64,000 nt of DNA from Ophelia neglecta (lineage: Eukaryota). Location of the stretch: NCBI GenBank assembly GCA_965285935.1, contig OZ260662.1, forward strand, positions 67,704,001-67,768,000. Reading direction: 5' to 3'. Position 1 is the stretch's first letter; each line of letters opens with the position of its first letter. Both the position numbers and the translations under genes were made by a program. This document shows positions 40,563 through 51,674 of the stretch, in pieces. The notes beneath the pieces are model-generated. The model was not told the DNA's origin. It did not search any database and was given only the letters and a program-made list of their open reading frames with translations.

Positions 40563-43500
40563 GTAAGTAAACTACTGAACGCACATGTATATAGAGAATA
40601 GGATTATTATCTCTCTCTCTTATTAATTGTAGAAATACGCGTTTAGGTCTTATTTTTGTTCAGACGCAATTTAAAACGCATGATAATTCTGTAAAAAGAA
40701 GGCGAGGTAATATGAATTTACTGACAATTGTTCTACAACCCACTGAAAATACCTTCGAAAAAATGGATATCTTCCCAAATATATATTTAGTTAATAAGGC
40801 ATGGAAGTGGCTGCCCAAAATAATGAGGAGAAAATTAACGCCATCTAAAACATGTGCAGGTTTTTGCTTTCATTTTCTTGACAATTTCTATACCTATTCA
40901 TCTCGAAAACCAGTTTTGCCTGAGTGTTATTTCGCAGTGAACCCGTCGGCGACCATTAAGTATCCAAATGGACACTAACACGTACGGACATGCCTGTGCT
41001 CAGCTGTTCGCTAGCTGATTGCTCTGTTTTGTCATTTCCTTTAGATGTAACACTTGAAGACAGCGGCAATTACACATGCGAAGTTCGGGGACCACATTCT
41101 ACCTCCCTTGGATACGTGACACATTATATCTTTGTTAGAGGTAAGTAACCCTCTCCCAGACCGCCGTACGGCACGAATTAGCCTGTCAAGCTATTACCTG
41201 ATAAGAGATGGCCCGAGATTCCGATGAATATCGTGAGAACGTGTGGACTTTGTAACTTATGGTAGGACTACCAGTCCACGTAGAAAATAGCCTCCTATGT
41301 TTAAATCAAGTGAGTCAAAGTAGGAATACCCATCGACTCACTGGCTCATTTTTTTGTCCGGGAAACAGTTTTGTAACGTAAGATGGGTCAGTATCCTGTA
41401 ATTTATTTTTTAGGATTCTCACTTAAAAAAAAGAGTAAAACTCGATTTCAGCTCCCGTGGAAGCAATGTTGATCACCAAGGAGAATGAGACGGACCTAGA
41501 TTTAGACTACGAGGAGCCCCCGAGAGTGATTGTTTTCACAGAAGACGAACCTAGTACTTTGAGATGTATTGCGCGAGGGGGCTACCCACCACCGGAAGTT
41601 GAACTATTTATCGGACGGAGGGATATCACCGGCACATTTGGTCTGTCTCATTCCGCCAGACTGATGGGTGAGAGGGGTATGAGACTGATGGAGTACAGCA
41701 CCGAGCGCTGGACACACGACTTCATGGCGCGTGCCTCCGATGACGGTCGTAAGCTCAAGTGTGTGGTAACGGTGCCAGGAGTGGAACCCAATATATCCTT
41801 GATACGTATGAGCGTCCACTGTAAGCATCTTTTTAAATATTATCATTTGTATACACCACCTTAATCGTCAATTATGTCGACGATGGCAAATCACTGAAAC
41901 GCATCAACCAGCATCTTCAATTCTTGAAGTGAAACGGACCTCGTAACTAACCCAAGTTTGGCGGGCTTTATCCATGAAGGGATGTGGTATATATAAGGGA
42001 TAGACTTGTCAGCCGTGGCTGGAATGCTCCCTCGGTGTAATCACTTTGTGACAGAATTAGCCGTGGAGTGTATTCAATCATGTCCCTTCCCGTGCTGTTG
42101 CCGGCGGGATCCCTAATGAATACGTCTGGGGAAAGACGAATGGACCCTCCGCGGGGTCCGTAGAGGCCATATTGTAACTCTGCCAGCCAAAAGGCCAAAT
42201 AGTCTAGCAGGGTATTAACCCCATGTCTGATTTCTGTCGTTCCGCTGTTTTCACCAGACTTCGGTCTGTAATCCGTATTTTAGATATAGCTCGCCGATTG
42301 TATTTCTCAGGTCCATTTTGCTGCCCAATAATAAAGTCTTGAGTCGAAAGTCGTGCTATCTTAACCATGACATGCGATTACAGCCGTATCTTACAGTAGC
42401 TGTTTGAAAAGAACAATTCACCTATATACAGGAATTTTTGTTATCTATGTGTAAAATTACCTCTTTTAGGAACTTGAAAATTGTTAACGGTTAAAGGAAA
42501 CATCATACTAAGATAATGTGACATCTCGTGCAGATTCCGGAAATTAACATTGGACCTTTCTTTTAGTTGCCCCTATCATCCACTGCGAATCCAACGAAGC
42601 ATACCTCGGTGACAAAAATGTATTCATCCGCTGTCGAATCACAGCGAGGCCCACTCTGTCGGCACTATTTTGGATTCTGGATGAAAATGGAACACACGTA
42701 TCTGAAGGAGAGGTTATCAACGAGTACTGGACCTTAGTACGGGTAAGTTCATTGATATAGGTTCTGATTACTTAACCTTAGTACGGGTAGGTTTATTGAT
42801 ATGGGTTCTAATTACTTGACCTAAGTACGGGTAGGTTCATTGACATGGGTTCTGGTTACTCGACCTCAGTACGGGTAGGTTCATTGGCATGGGTTCTGAT
42901 TACTTGACCTTAGTACGGGTAGGTTCATTGATATGGGTTCTGTGTACTCGACCTTAGTACGGGTAGGTTCATTGATATGAGTTCTGATAACTTGACCTTA
43001 GTACGGGTAGGTTCATTTACATGGGTTCTGAGTACTGGATATAAGTACAGGTAAGTTCATTGATATGGGTTCTGATAACTTGACCTTAGTATGGGTAGGT
43101 TCATTGACATGGGTTCTGACTACTCGACCTTATTACGGGTAGGTTTATTGATATGGGTTCTGATAACTTGACCTTAGTACGGGTAGGTTCATTGACATAG
43201 GTTCTGAGTACTGGATCTTAGTACGGATAGATTCACTGACATGGGTACTCAGGTATCATTTATATATACAACTAAATAAAATATATCTCATTTTACATCA
43301 TATGGTATATTATAAACCTACTCAATTAGGTATAGTCAAAATACAATAGTACGTTTATTTTAAAGAGCCTTCGCGTGTATCACGAAAGGACCATTTTCGC
43401 CAGTGCTGGACGACACTGACACCGTCACTCCCCTGGGACGGTGTTCTACTGTTTATATTAAATTGCTCAACTCTTTGGTCATCTTACTCTAAGTGAAGTC

Positions 43501-45284
43501 TTTCAATACTATGAAACTATGATAACAATGATTAACGCGGGGAAATTATGTGAAATGATAGCTATAGCCCAAGGTCTTTGAAATGAGCTGCAGTTGTGTT
43601 GTCAAGTGATTGTTCCATTTGTTGTACATGTAAGTGGATAGGGTAGTAAATCCTAGATAAACGAGTCCTTTAAATATTTAAGTACCATAGCAAGGTCTAT
43701 AAGTTCTGAAACAAGACTAATGTAAGCTTAAACACGGTAAAATTGTTATCGAAATACAAAGGTTGGCAATTTTTTTAGCACATAGGCCTAATAGTTGCAA
43801 ATGGATGTATTTTTCAAAATATTAACTAGTTGTTCAATCGACTAAGAAGAAAAAGTGTAACTGTCATGGTGATTTTCACATTGATGATCACTTAACTTTA
43901 TGTTATATGCTGTCTCGGAAAATAACCATTTAACCGCTTCTTAACATTGCTTTGGTGTTTTGGAGATTGTCTTGATGAATCCCTGATGGCGTCGGACAGG
44001 TGACACGGGTCACTGATACTCGAAATAGTCCATCAGTTCCATGGAGAGATCCTCGGGTCTGAAACAACACATAACCTAAATAAACAGGCAGTGAATGGCA
44101 TGCCATTTGTTTGGACCATTCACTAGGTATTTTTCAAGTATAGGATCATTGAGAACAGATGCTCGGCAAATATCTTTCAAGCGATGGCCATTTTTTCGAG
44201 CCTACTATTCTGGATCAGTTGCCTCGAAAATATCGATGTACTTTTAATGAGCAGGTCAAACCCAAGAGCTTCAGGAAACCAGTGAAGGCATGCTGCCAAT
44301 TGATTAGGGCTTTCCAAATGCAGCTGTACAAACACAATTAATGAAGAGGCTTAAAGACCCCCCCCCCCCCCCCCCACCACCACCACCACCACCACTCTCA
44401 CGATGATGTCCCCATTTAACATAAAGCCAAACAAAATAATTTAACAAAAGATATTTTTTATTTTATAGGATGACGATGAAGAAAAGATAATCACATTGTA
44501 CATGCGCCGAACTAAACCCTCCAGTTATCGTTCTTATCGGTTGGTGGCAGAAAACAGCGTGGCCGTCAAAACACAGGAAGTAAAACTTGTACAAAGTACG
44601 TAATGTGCCATCTCTCTTCCCTCATTCCTAACAGATACTAAAACATTTTAGGATTGTCTGCTTTGAATTAAGGATGATATATCACGGGCATAAGCTGCTA
44701 ATAGTCATAGTTGTAATCTTCTCCACTAGAAGAGAGAATCTGGATTACTACTACACTGGCAGGGTATTATGGGCACCTCCTGCAAGGGTTATTAAATGTG
44801 CTCATATTGTAACACAATGTACCACTTGAATATATTTAGTTTTCAAATGCAAATTTTCGCTGTAAGCGGTGAACCAATCCGAATTATGGCTCTTTCTTGT
44901 ACTCAATTTTAATTGTATGAATTGAAACTCGCTTCTTCTTATCGCTTTTCAAATAATGTCATTAACCTTTTTGGTGAATGAAAGCAAGTTTTATGTGGAG
45001 TTATCATGAAAAGTGTGTGAAATGTAATGAACACGCAAAATGTATCTACAGTACATTCATTTTTTTCAGAATTTAGAACAACGCCTAAACCAGTGTCTAC
45101 GTCCAGGCAGAGTGGGCCTGGATCTAATACGGCCAGCCAAGGCGGAACTCGGTCGGGATATAACTACATTAACGAGGCAACATCCACATTATCGCCCAAT
45201 CTGTCTCAACTTACATCGAGACTCAAAATAAGCGTACTCATCTTGGTAGGAATGCTCACAGTTCATGGCATACTTCTGAGATGA
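40305..45284 (+). CDS. Multi-exon gene for a 3-Ig-domain, probably GPI-anchored cell-surface IgSF protein (architecture like lachesin/DIP/IgLON; family not assignable). Exons 40305-40562, 41045-41140, 41452-41820, 42567-42742, 44469-44595, 45070-45284; the 5' coding exon lies upstream
   Basis: I spliced the exons by hand. All introns are GT-AG, with phases 1,1,1,0,1 plus an upstream phase-1 intron. The exons total 1241 nt, and 1 nt from the upstream exon gives 414 codons ending in TGA at 45282-45284 with no internal stop. Ig motifs: LDC..VIW..DSGNYTC; LRCIARGGYPPP..DDGRKLKC; IRCRITARP..LFW..YRLVAEN. Hydrophobic tail ISVLILVGMLTVHGILLR*. Confidence 0.9.
41045..41140 (+). CDS. IgSF gene exon: C-terminal part of Ig domain 1 (not in the ORF track)
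   Basis: Acceptor tttcctttag|AT, donor AG|gtaagt. Translates HVTLEDSGNYTCEVRGPHSTSLGYVTHYIFVR, containing the canonical DxGxYxC. Confidence 0.92.
41452..41820 (+). CDS. IgSF gene exon: Ig domain 2 (C2-set/CD80-like)
   Basis: Acceptor gatttcag|CT, donor T|gtaagc. Translates APVEAML...TLRCIARGGYPPPEVELF...DDGRKLKCVVTVPG...MSVH. Confidence 0.92.
42567..42742 (+). CDS. IgSF gene exon: N-terminal part of Ig domain 3
   Basis: Acceptor ctttcttttag|TT, donor CGG|gtaagt. Translates FAPIIHCESNEAYLGDKNVFIRCRITARPTLSALFWILDENGTHVSEGEVINEYWTLVR. Confidence 0.9.
42722..43249 (+). repeat. Tandem array, 12 x 44 bp; each unit is the last 21 nt of the exon plus the first 23 nt of the intron
   Basis: Unit 1 is gagtactggaccttagtacgg|gtaagttcattgatataggttct. 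Units start every 44 bp from 42722 to 43206 with no indels. Confidence 0.97.
44469..44595 (+). CDS. IgSF gene exon: C-terminal part of Ig domain 3
   Basis: Acceptor tttttattttatag|GAT, donor A|gtacgt. Translates DDDEEKIITLYMRRTKPSSYRSYRLVAENSVAVKTQEVKLVQ. Confidence 0.85.
45070..45284 (+). CDS. IgSF gene last coding exon: S/T/G-rich stalk and GPI-signal-like hydrophobic tail
   Basis: Acceptor ttttttcag|AA. Translates KFRTTPKPVSTSRQSGPGS...LKISVLILVGMLTVHGILLR*, with no cytoplasmic tail after the hydrophobic stretch. Confidence 0.85.
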
Positions 45285-46561
45285 TAGGTATCCGTGTGAA
45301 AGAGTGTTAACTTACAAAATTATATTAGCTAGTCGGAACATCACTCTCCGTCTAAAGTGGTCAAAGGAGGATATGTACTCGTGTGATGCAGGCGTGCAAA
45401 TAGAAATGCTGGCCGAGACATTCAGGATGTGACTGGGATTTCTTCAGATGTATTTAAACGTTTTACACAAACCACCAAGTGTGTGATCTTTAATTGATGA
45501 AGACGTCATGGGTGTGGTATTCATTCAGTTCAGTTTTCTAAGTAAGCTTTCATCTATCCACATCGTAAGGTTTGGACCGCGCGTCAACACATTGCCAGTT
45601 TTCGTCATTTGTATCAAATATGGATGTGGTGATGAAGCATAGCTTGCGAAGAATTACTAACAATATCGTACACGTGTCATACACATATTGCGCTTTTCTG
45701 CAACACGTAAAAAATGTATATCTTCAAACTCACATCGGAGGAAGAAAATACCGGATATGTTCTGAAGAAAATGAGATACATGTATTTTCTATCGCTTCGA
45801 AACAATTAATACTTTTATGGGAACGTTTTTTTCCCCGGATAGCGAGCAGTGTTGTCCCGGAACTTGTTAACCCCGTTGAGGGAACAATATCTGCTGCTAG
45901 TGGGATAACATTGCTGCTTGGGGAAATATCAAACTTGCCAGGAAGTCAATTCTGTGATGGGAACTGATTGGAAAACATTTTTTCTGGCTGTTCTAAGCTG
46001 CTACATGTTCCGGTTGTTTTTTGCCATACTAGATTCGAGCGTGGTCTCTTTAGTATGGGGAATGTAGAATTTGTACACAGGAATTATATTTGCTTATAAT
46101 GCGGGCATTTGGCAGCCATAACAGGACCAATATGATGATTTTTACAAACTCACTATATAGTTATTTTTATGTAGAACTAAAGCTTGTATCTTTCCGCGTT
46201 AAATAGATAATCATGTGACTTTTGTTTGTGCGCAGCTGCAAACATACTATCAATTATTAAATCCGTTGCAGTGACCGGTCGGTTTGATGGAGTAAACTAA
46301 CAAGAAAATCACATTCCACTTTTATCATTATATTAAAATATATATCGTTATGACTGTATTAACTCAAAGTAAATGTGAGTTTTCCTACCCTAGTAAATAC
46401 AAATAACGATGGATGATCAGTGTAGTTACTTTAATTGGCCATGATATGTATATCTTTTTATCATGATGATAGATTGTGATATTGATATTGACCAAAAATG
46501 TAGCTGTCTATTTCTGTTCTTTGTAGTTGTCTTTCGTCATCTACAAATAAGAGCTGCTTAT

Positions 46562-46567
46562 AATAAA
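46562..46567 (+). other. Candidate polyadenylation signal of the IgSF gene (3' UTR about 1.3 kb)
   Basis: AATAAA at the end of an AT-rich UTR-like stretch; ATTAAA variants occur upstream. Confidence 0.35.
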
Positions 46568-49494
46568 TCGGTTTTAAGATGCTCAATAATTGACTACAGT
46601 TATAATGTCAAACTTTGCACTAGTCGTTTATAGTGCATTATCTGGTTCGCGATTCATTTTTGTCCGAGGCACAAAACCAGCTTTGACAGACGTCTGGTTG
46701 AACCGACCTGTCTGTCCACCAGTGACAACGATTAGCGATCAACCATGGTTTTATTTGATGGTTTTAAAGTAACAAATGTCCTCCCATCTATAGATTTTTC
46801 ATCGACTGAATGGCTCGGTGCCATTTCGGTGGTTGATCGGCACGACGGTCGACACCGTTATCGGGGAGTTGTGCAGACGACATTTAAATCATTGATCAGT
46901 CAAATTCGGAAAGCCAATACACTGATCACAGGGCTGCTGACAACTGGGAGCACTTCCGCTGTAGTTGCCAATGGTTCTTGTCGTCTGAACGAGTTGTCGG
47001 CTGGTTAATGGGCTTGGCAGGCGGTCAGCTGGCGATTGAGGAGGGGATTACGGTAAATACCGCACCCTCCAGGCTCTGTCAGCTGTCTGGTGAGCTCTCA
47101 GGCCTACTGCTTCGGCTTTTGATTAAAAGCGGAGGCGCAGAGACTTGCGGAGGTAAATACCGAGACTGGAACGCAACACAAGACCTATATAAACCTGTCC
47201 CTAACCCTCTCCCTTAAATAAACCCCCAGCCCTAGCCCTATGTCCTTGGTGACTGTTTTTTGTTTGTGATACTCAGAAATACACATGACTTCCGCCTTCG
47301 CATAGCCTCCGCACCTCCGCGTGTAATCAATAGCCTCTGCTACTCGGGTCAGATGAGACCAACACCACCTTCTTGCCAATTACTGAAGCGAGTTAACTAA
47401 CGTTTGTTTTCCAAAAGTCACATTGCAGTCATCCTATGGCTTATAGATCGTAATTATTTTAAAATCTATGCTTTTAAGCCGGAAGGAAACGTCCGACTCT
47501 TCTCTAGAATTCCAATTTTATGTTGACCAGACAAACTCGATCTAGTAAATTTACAGGAAGCTTAGATGTACAGTAGTTGAAATTTGAGAATTAGGCAAAC
47601 GGACGGGATAGTGACCCGTTATATTGGACGGCCATTACACCCTGCACTAACCAATTCCCAGCCAATTTCCTAGCCCAGCTGCCCTCAATCATAGCCCCAA
47701 GGTGCGAGACTGCTGATGTGCTGTATGGTATCGAAAATTGAATTGATCTAGGAAAGCACTCTTCTGTGTAGTTTCCCTGCTCGCCACCAAGCTGGCAGGT
47801 ATTTCAGAACGCTACCATCAGGGACGATTCCCGATCTGGAAATAAGCCTAAGTGGAAGCAGGAAATTGGAAACATTCCCATCGCAATGCCGAGTGCTCTT
47901 GAGCTGCGGTTGGTATGCATCCAGGCAATTGGTTAATGAAGTTAAGTACCGGAGAATGGCTCCCTTGCAGACTGTGTTTAGAAGGGGTGATGTGTGTGTT
48001 GTCTTGCTGTCTGCTGACCAACTCGGTCTGGTCTCATTCTATCTGCCATGTTACTCCTTCAAAAAACAAGACAGCAAGTTAACGGTTAGATTGGGACCAG
48101 CTTTCCTGTATTTACCTCCTGCAGGTTAGAACCTGCGTCTCAGTTTAAGCCGAGAGATGTGACTCATTTTAAAAGACAGGCAGTGGGGGAAGGACAAGCC
48201 TAACGACATTAAGATAGTTAGAACTGAGCCCCCGTCCCCATGAATCAGACATTGTTTGGTATCGTCACAGACATGTGTGATTTATGGGGATCTATTCACG
48301 GGAAACAAAGAAAACTCGCACCTGCTCCTCAAAAGTGATTAATTAGCTAAACGTAAATCATGACAGAGAGACTTAACCAAATGAAAATCTCCCATTTACC
48401 ATCTACCCTGACCTTCTCGAAGTAGTCTGACATGAACTTAAAAAAAGCTAGGTAAGCTCAATATCAACACTGGCTCCGATGGAGTCGAATAGCGTGCCCA
48501 ACCCATATACATAGGCCGAGGCAGACACTCTCAGTTAGCAACCTAATATTCATTGTAAATGGCTCTATTTGTCAAAGCACATCTCTTGCTAGATTCTTCC
48601 ATAAGACAAAAATAACATTGAATATATGACTACTGAAGGGAAAGCAGCAACAAGCTGAAATTCAGACGATAACCCCCGGGCTAATTCAGGTGATTACTCC
48701 TTTATGCAGGAGATCGAGAAAGGCCGTGCTAGGAGGCGATCAAAGTACTCTTAAGATAAATAATATATGTCCATTTAACGTTGGGGGGCCAGGTTCAATG
48801 TCGTTCTGTGATTATGGCGGTTGTTCTTCCTTAATTGGTTCTTTTAATATCAGATTAACAGGAGTGTGATCTACTCCAGTTCTTGCCGTGCTAATGACTC
48901 CCCAGTAGATAGAGTAAGCCGTTATACTGACCACAGTATATCACGCTGGGCAATCAAAGCGCCCTATCGCGTGGAGCTAAGGCCTTGTGGGAAGTCACGT
49001 GGGGCGCCTCCTCTCACAGGAAAGATAACACATGGCGTAGGGCAGTGGTAAAGCTAGAACCTTTAAATACTTAATACAAGGATATTATAGATCAAATCCT
49101 TTCATTTAAGATCCCATTGAGTATGTCAAGTACAGGAGAAGCCAGACGAATAATATTTTCGATGGTTTTCTGTGTGTGTCTGTGTAACATCGGTCACTAG
49201 TCAGAAGCCAGCAAGCACATCGGTTTTGCACTATCGTGCTTATTCCGTGGAAATATTAAAAACTTTTGCAGTAAAGTTGCAGGTGTTGGTCTATAAACTA
49301 ATATAGATTTACGCCTCTGATAAAGAACGTTTTTGGCAGTACCGCAGGTCAAAATAATGTAGAAAAACTAACAAGACACCCCAGGTGGGACACATGAAAC
49401 GTGAGTTCATCATATTTATGTTTTTGAAATTATGCCGAAAATGTTGTGCACAATTGCATCTTCTATACATTAACCTCTATACACAACTTAAGCA

Positions 49495-49771
49495 ACAGAA
49501 TGCATCACCACCTTACTGTGTTTCAATACAGATGGAATACTGTTTATAAAAATGTGAAAAGTATTGGTGCTAGTATAGACCCCTGTGGGATATCATATCC
49601 TATATGTATTTTACTATGAACTAATTGAACTTATAAACTATTTTTGTCTGATATTGTTTAGATTTTTAACCATTTAGATGCACTACTTTAATGCCCGTAT
49701 GCCCAATCTAGCCATCAATATATCTGAATTCGCCTGGTTCTAGGTCTCTGTAGATCCAAAAATATCGCCCC
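49495..49771 (-). mobile_element. Decayed non-LTR retrotransposon (CR1/L2-like) reverse-transcriptase fragment
   Basis: Minus-strand translation with frameshifts gives GAIFLDLQ...IGYDIPQGSILAPILFT / FINSIPSVLKHSKVVM. This matches the RT motifs xFLDL and GVPQGSxLGPxLFxIYINDL. Confidence 0.8.
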
Positions 49772-51415
49772 ATATTAGTAAATATACTGGTGTATTAGGC
49801 ATACTGGTAGTTATTTTGATTCGGGCCTCTCATGATGCAGGAAATGAATAAAAAAAGGGGCTGAAAGAAAATAAAACAAAGAAGTATTAGGCCTAAATGA
49901 ATCGCGGTCACATTAGCCTATCAAGGCATGATGCTTTGTATACATTTGTGATATATATATCAGCGTACTCGAGAGTGGTGGGTTGCATCCTTTTGCAACG
50001 GTTCGAGTATCAATTTACCTGGCTCTCACTGCTAGTAACCTCCAAGTTATTGGCTAGTGAGGCTCGTAACTATTACCACAGTACGCAGGATAGTTAAATT
50101 TGTACTCCGTTTGTTCTGTCTAAAAGTTTTGAAACAAATAAATAAAGAACTCTCTATACTATTTTCGCAATGTGTACTCTTTATTTGGACGTTACAAACC
50201 TCTTGGAGTGGGAATTTGATTAAAATTCTATACTCTCTAATAGGGTGCTTTAAATCGATTCGCAAGAACTGAGTTTCTCAGACGAGGATGTGACCTCGAC
50301 CTTCTTCATGAGCATTTAATCATGGAACATGCCGTGACGAACAACATTTCATCTTAAATTCAGATACAAATAATATCGCTCTTCAAATTTTGATTCCCAA
50401 GGAAAAGGTCGACATTCCCGGGAAACTGCCAGTGTTTAATGCCTAACATTGCGTTAAAAGAGGAATTTTCCGAAAATTATCATGCATATGGCAATGACGG
50501 CTAGCTATTTCCATACTCAATGCGTCAGGTATAATGTGAACTTACTTGCTGCGGACCTGCTGTGAGCTAAGCTTTTGTGGTCTCTGCGAGCGTGGACCTC
50601 TGAAAGCTTCCTTTTGACGTAACTAATGGGCGTTACGACAATTCGCTGTGCGGCAAAGCCTCTCCACATGGCCGTAGCTCTACAAGATTGGGCGCTTTAA
50701 TTACCCCGCGTAAATATGAATTCGAGCCACACAATCCGTTACTCACTTGTAAAATATCTCGAGACATCAACGCTTTAGAACGCTGAGTGTCAGCAATAGA
50801 CTCAAAGGCAACTCATTGTATTTGGGTCCTTCTGATTCGTTTGTTGAGACAAAAAAATCACGCTAACGAGGCCTTCCAATTTCTTCAGACATCTTCTATC
50901 GTTTAATTTGTCATGATGCCTAGACCTGTGTTTTAACTAGTCGAATTTTCACCACATGGGCGGGTTATAAATTCAAGCATTGCCAATTTCATATACATGT
51001 ATCGTGAAATAATGATAAGTTAAATGGTATGAAATTTATTTTCAAACAACAAGCAGCTCAAAACCAGTACCCCAGTAACGGAGTAGGAAAGCACAAATAT
51101 AACTGTTCGATCAACGCACTACTTTATCAAGAGACAAGCTGTACAGTCTATAAATGTTACCTGACGAGGTAAATGTTTGTAACTTTCGGTAAAAAGAGTT
51201 CCTGTATTATCTACAGAATGGAAGTTTAGGATCACTGAATATCAACAATTTCCCGTTTCGACTTATTTCACCAAACACGCGATACATGTTTCTATAATTA
51301 ACGCAACAACTTAATACTAAAAGTTCATTAGGAGAACGTCATACATTAAGTTGTTCTTACTAGTCTATTTTATACTACTTTGTACAACTGAGTCTTTCAA
51401 TGAGAGAGTAGCATG

Positions 51416-51674
51416 AAACACGCACCCAAAGATCTTTTGACTTAATACATGATTTGTTTCACGGTCCAACCAAAGAAGAAACACGCACCCTAAGGCATGT
51501 TGATTTAATATAAGATTCTTTTTGGGCCCAACCAAAGAATAAACACGCACCCTTAAACATTTTCCTTAAGTACATGATTTTTTTCGGAGCCAAACCAAAG
51601 AAGAAACACGCACCCTAATACCGTTGAGTTAATACGTGATTCCTTTCAAGGCCCAACCAAAAAGGAAAGGACAC
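51416..51674. repeat. Minisatellite, about 4 x 62-63 bp
   Basis: AAACACGCACCC anchors at 51416, 51479, 51541 and 51604, each unit ending in an aaccaaa-containing block. Confidence 0.9.

Noticed and set aside
42722-43249. CRISPR-like regular array
   Set aside because: Units are contiguous with no unique spacers, there are no cas genes, and the context is a eukaryotic intron.
45572-45967. 131-aa ORF downstream of the stop codon
   Set aside because: Non-ATG start within the presumed 3' UTR, with no recognisable domain.
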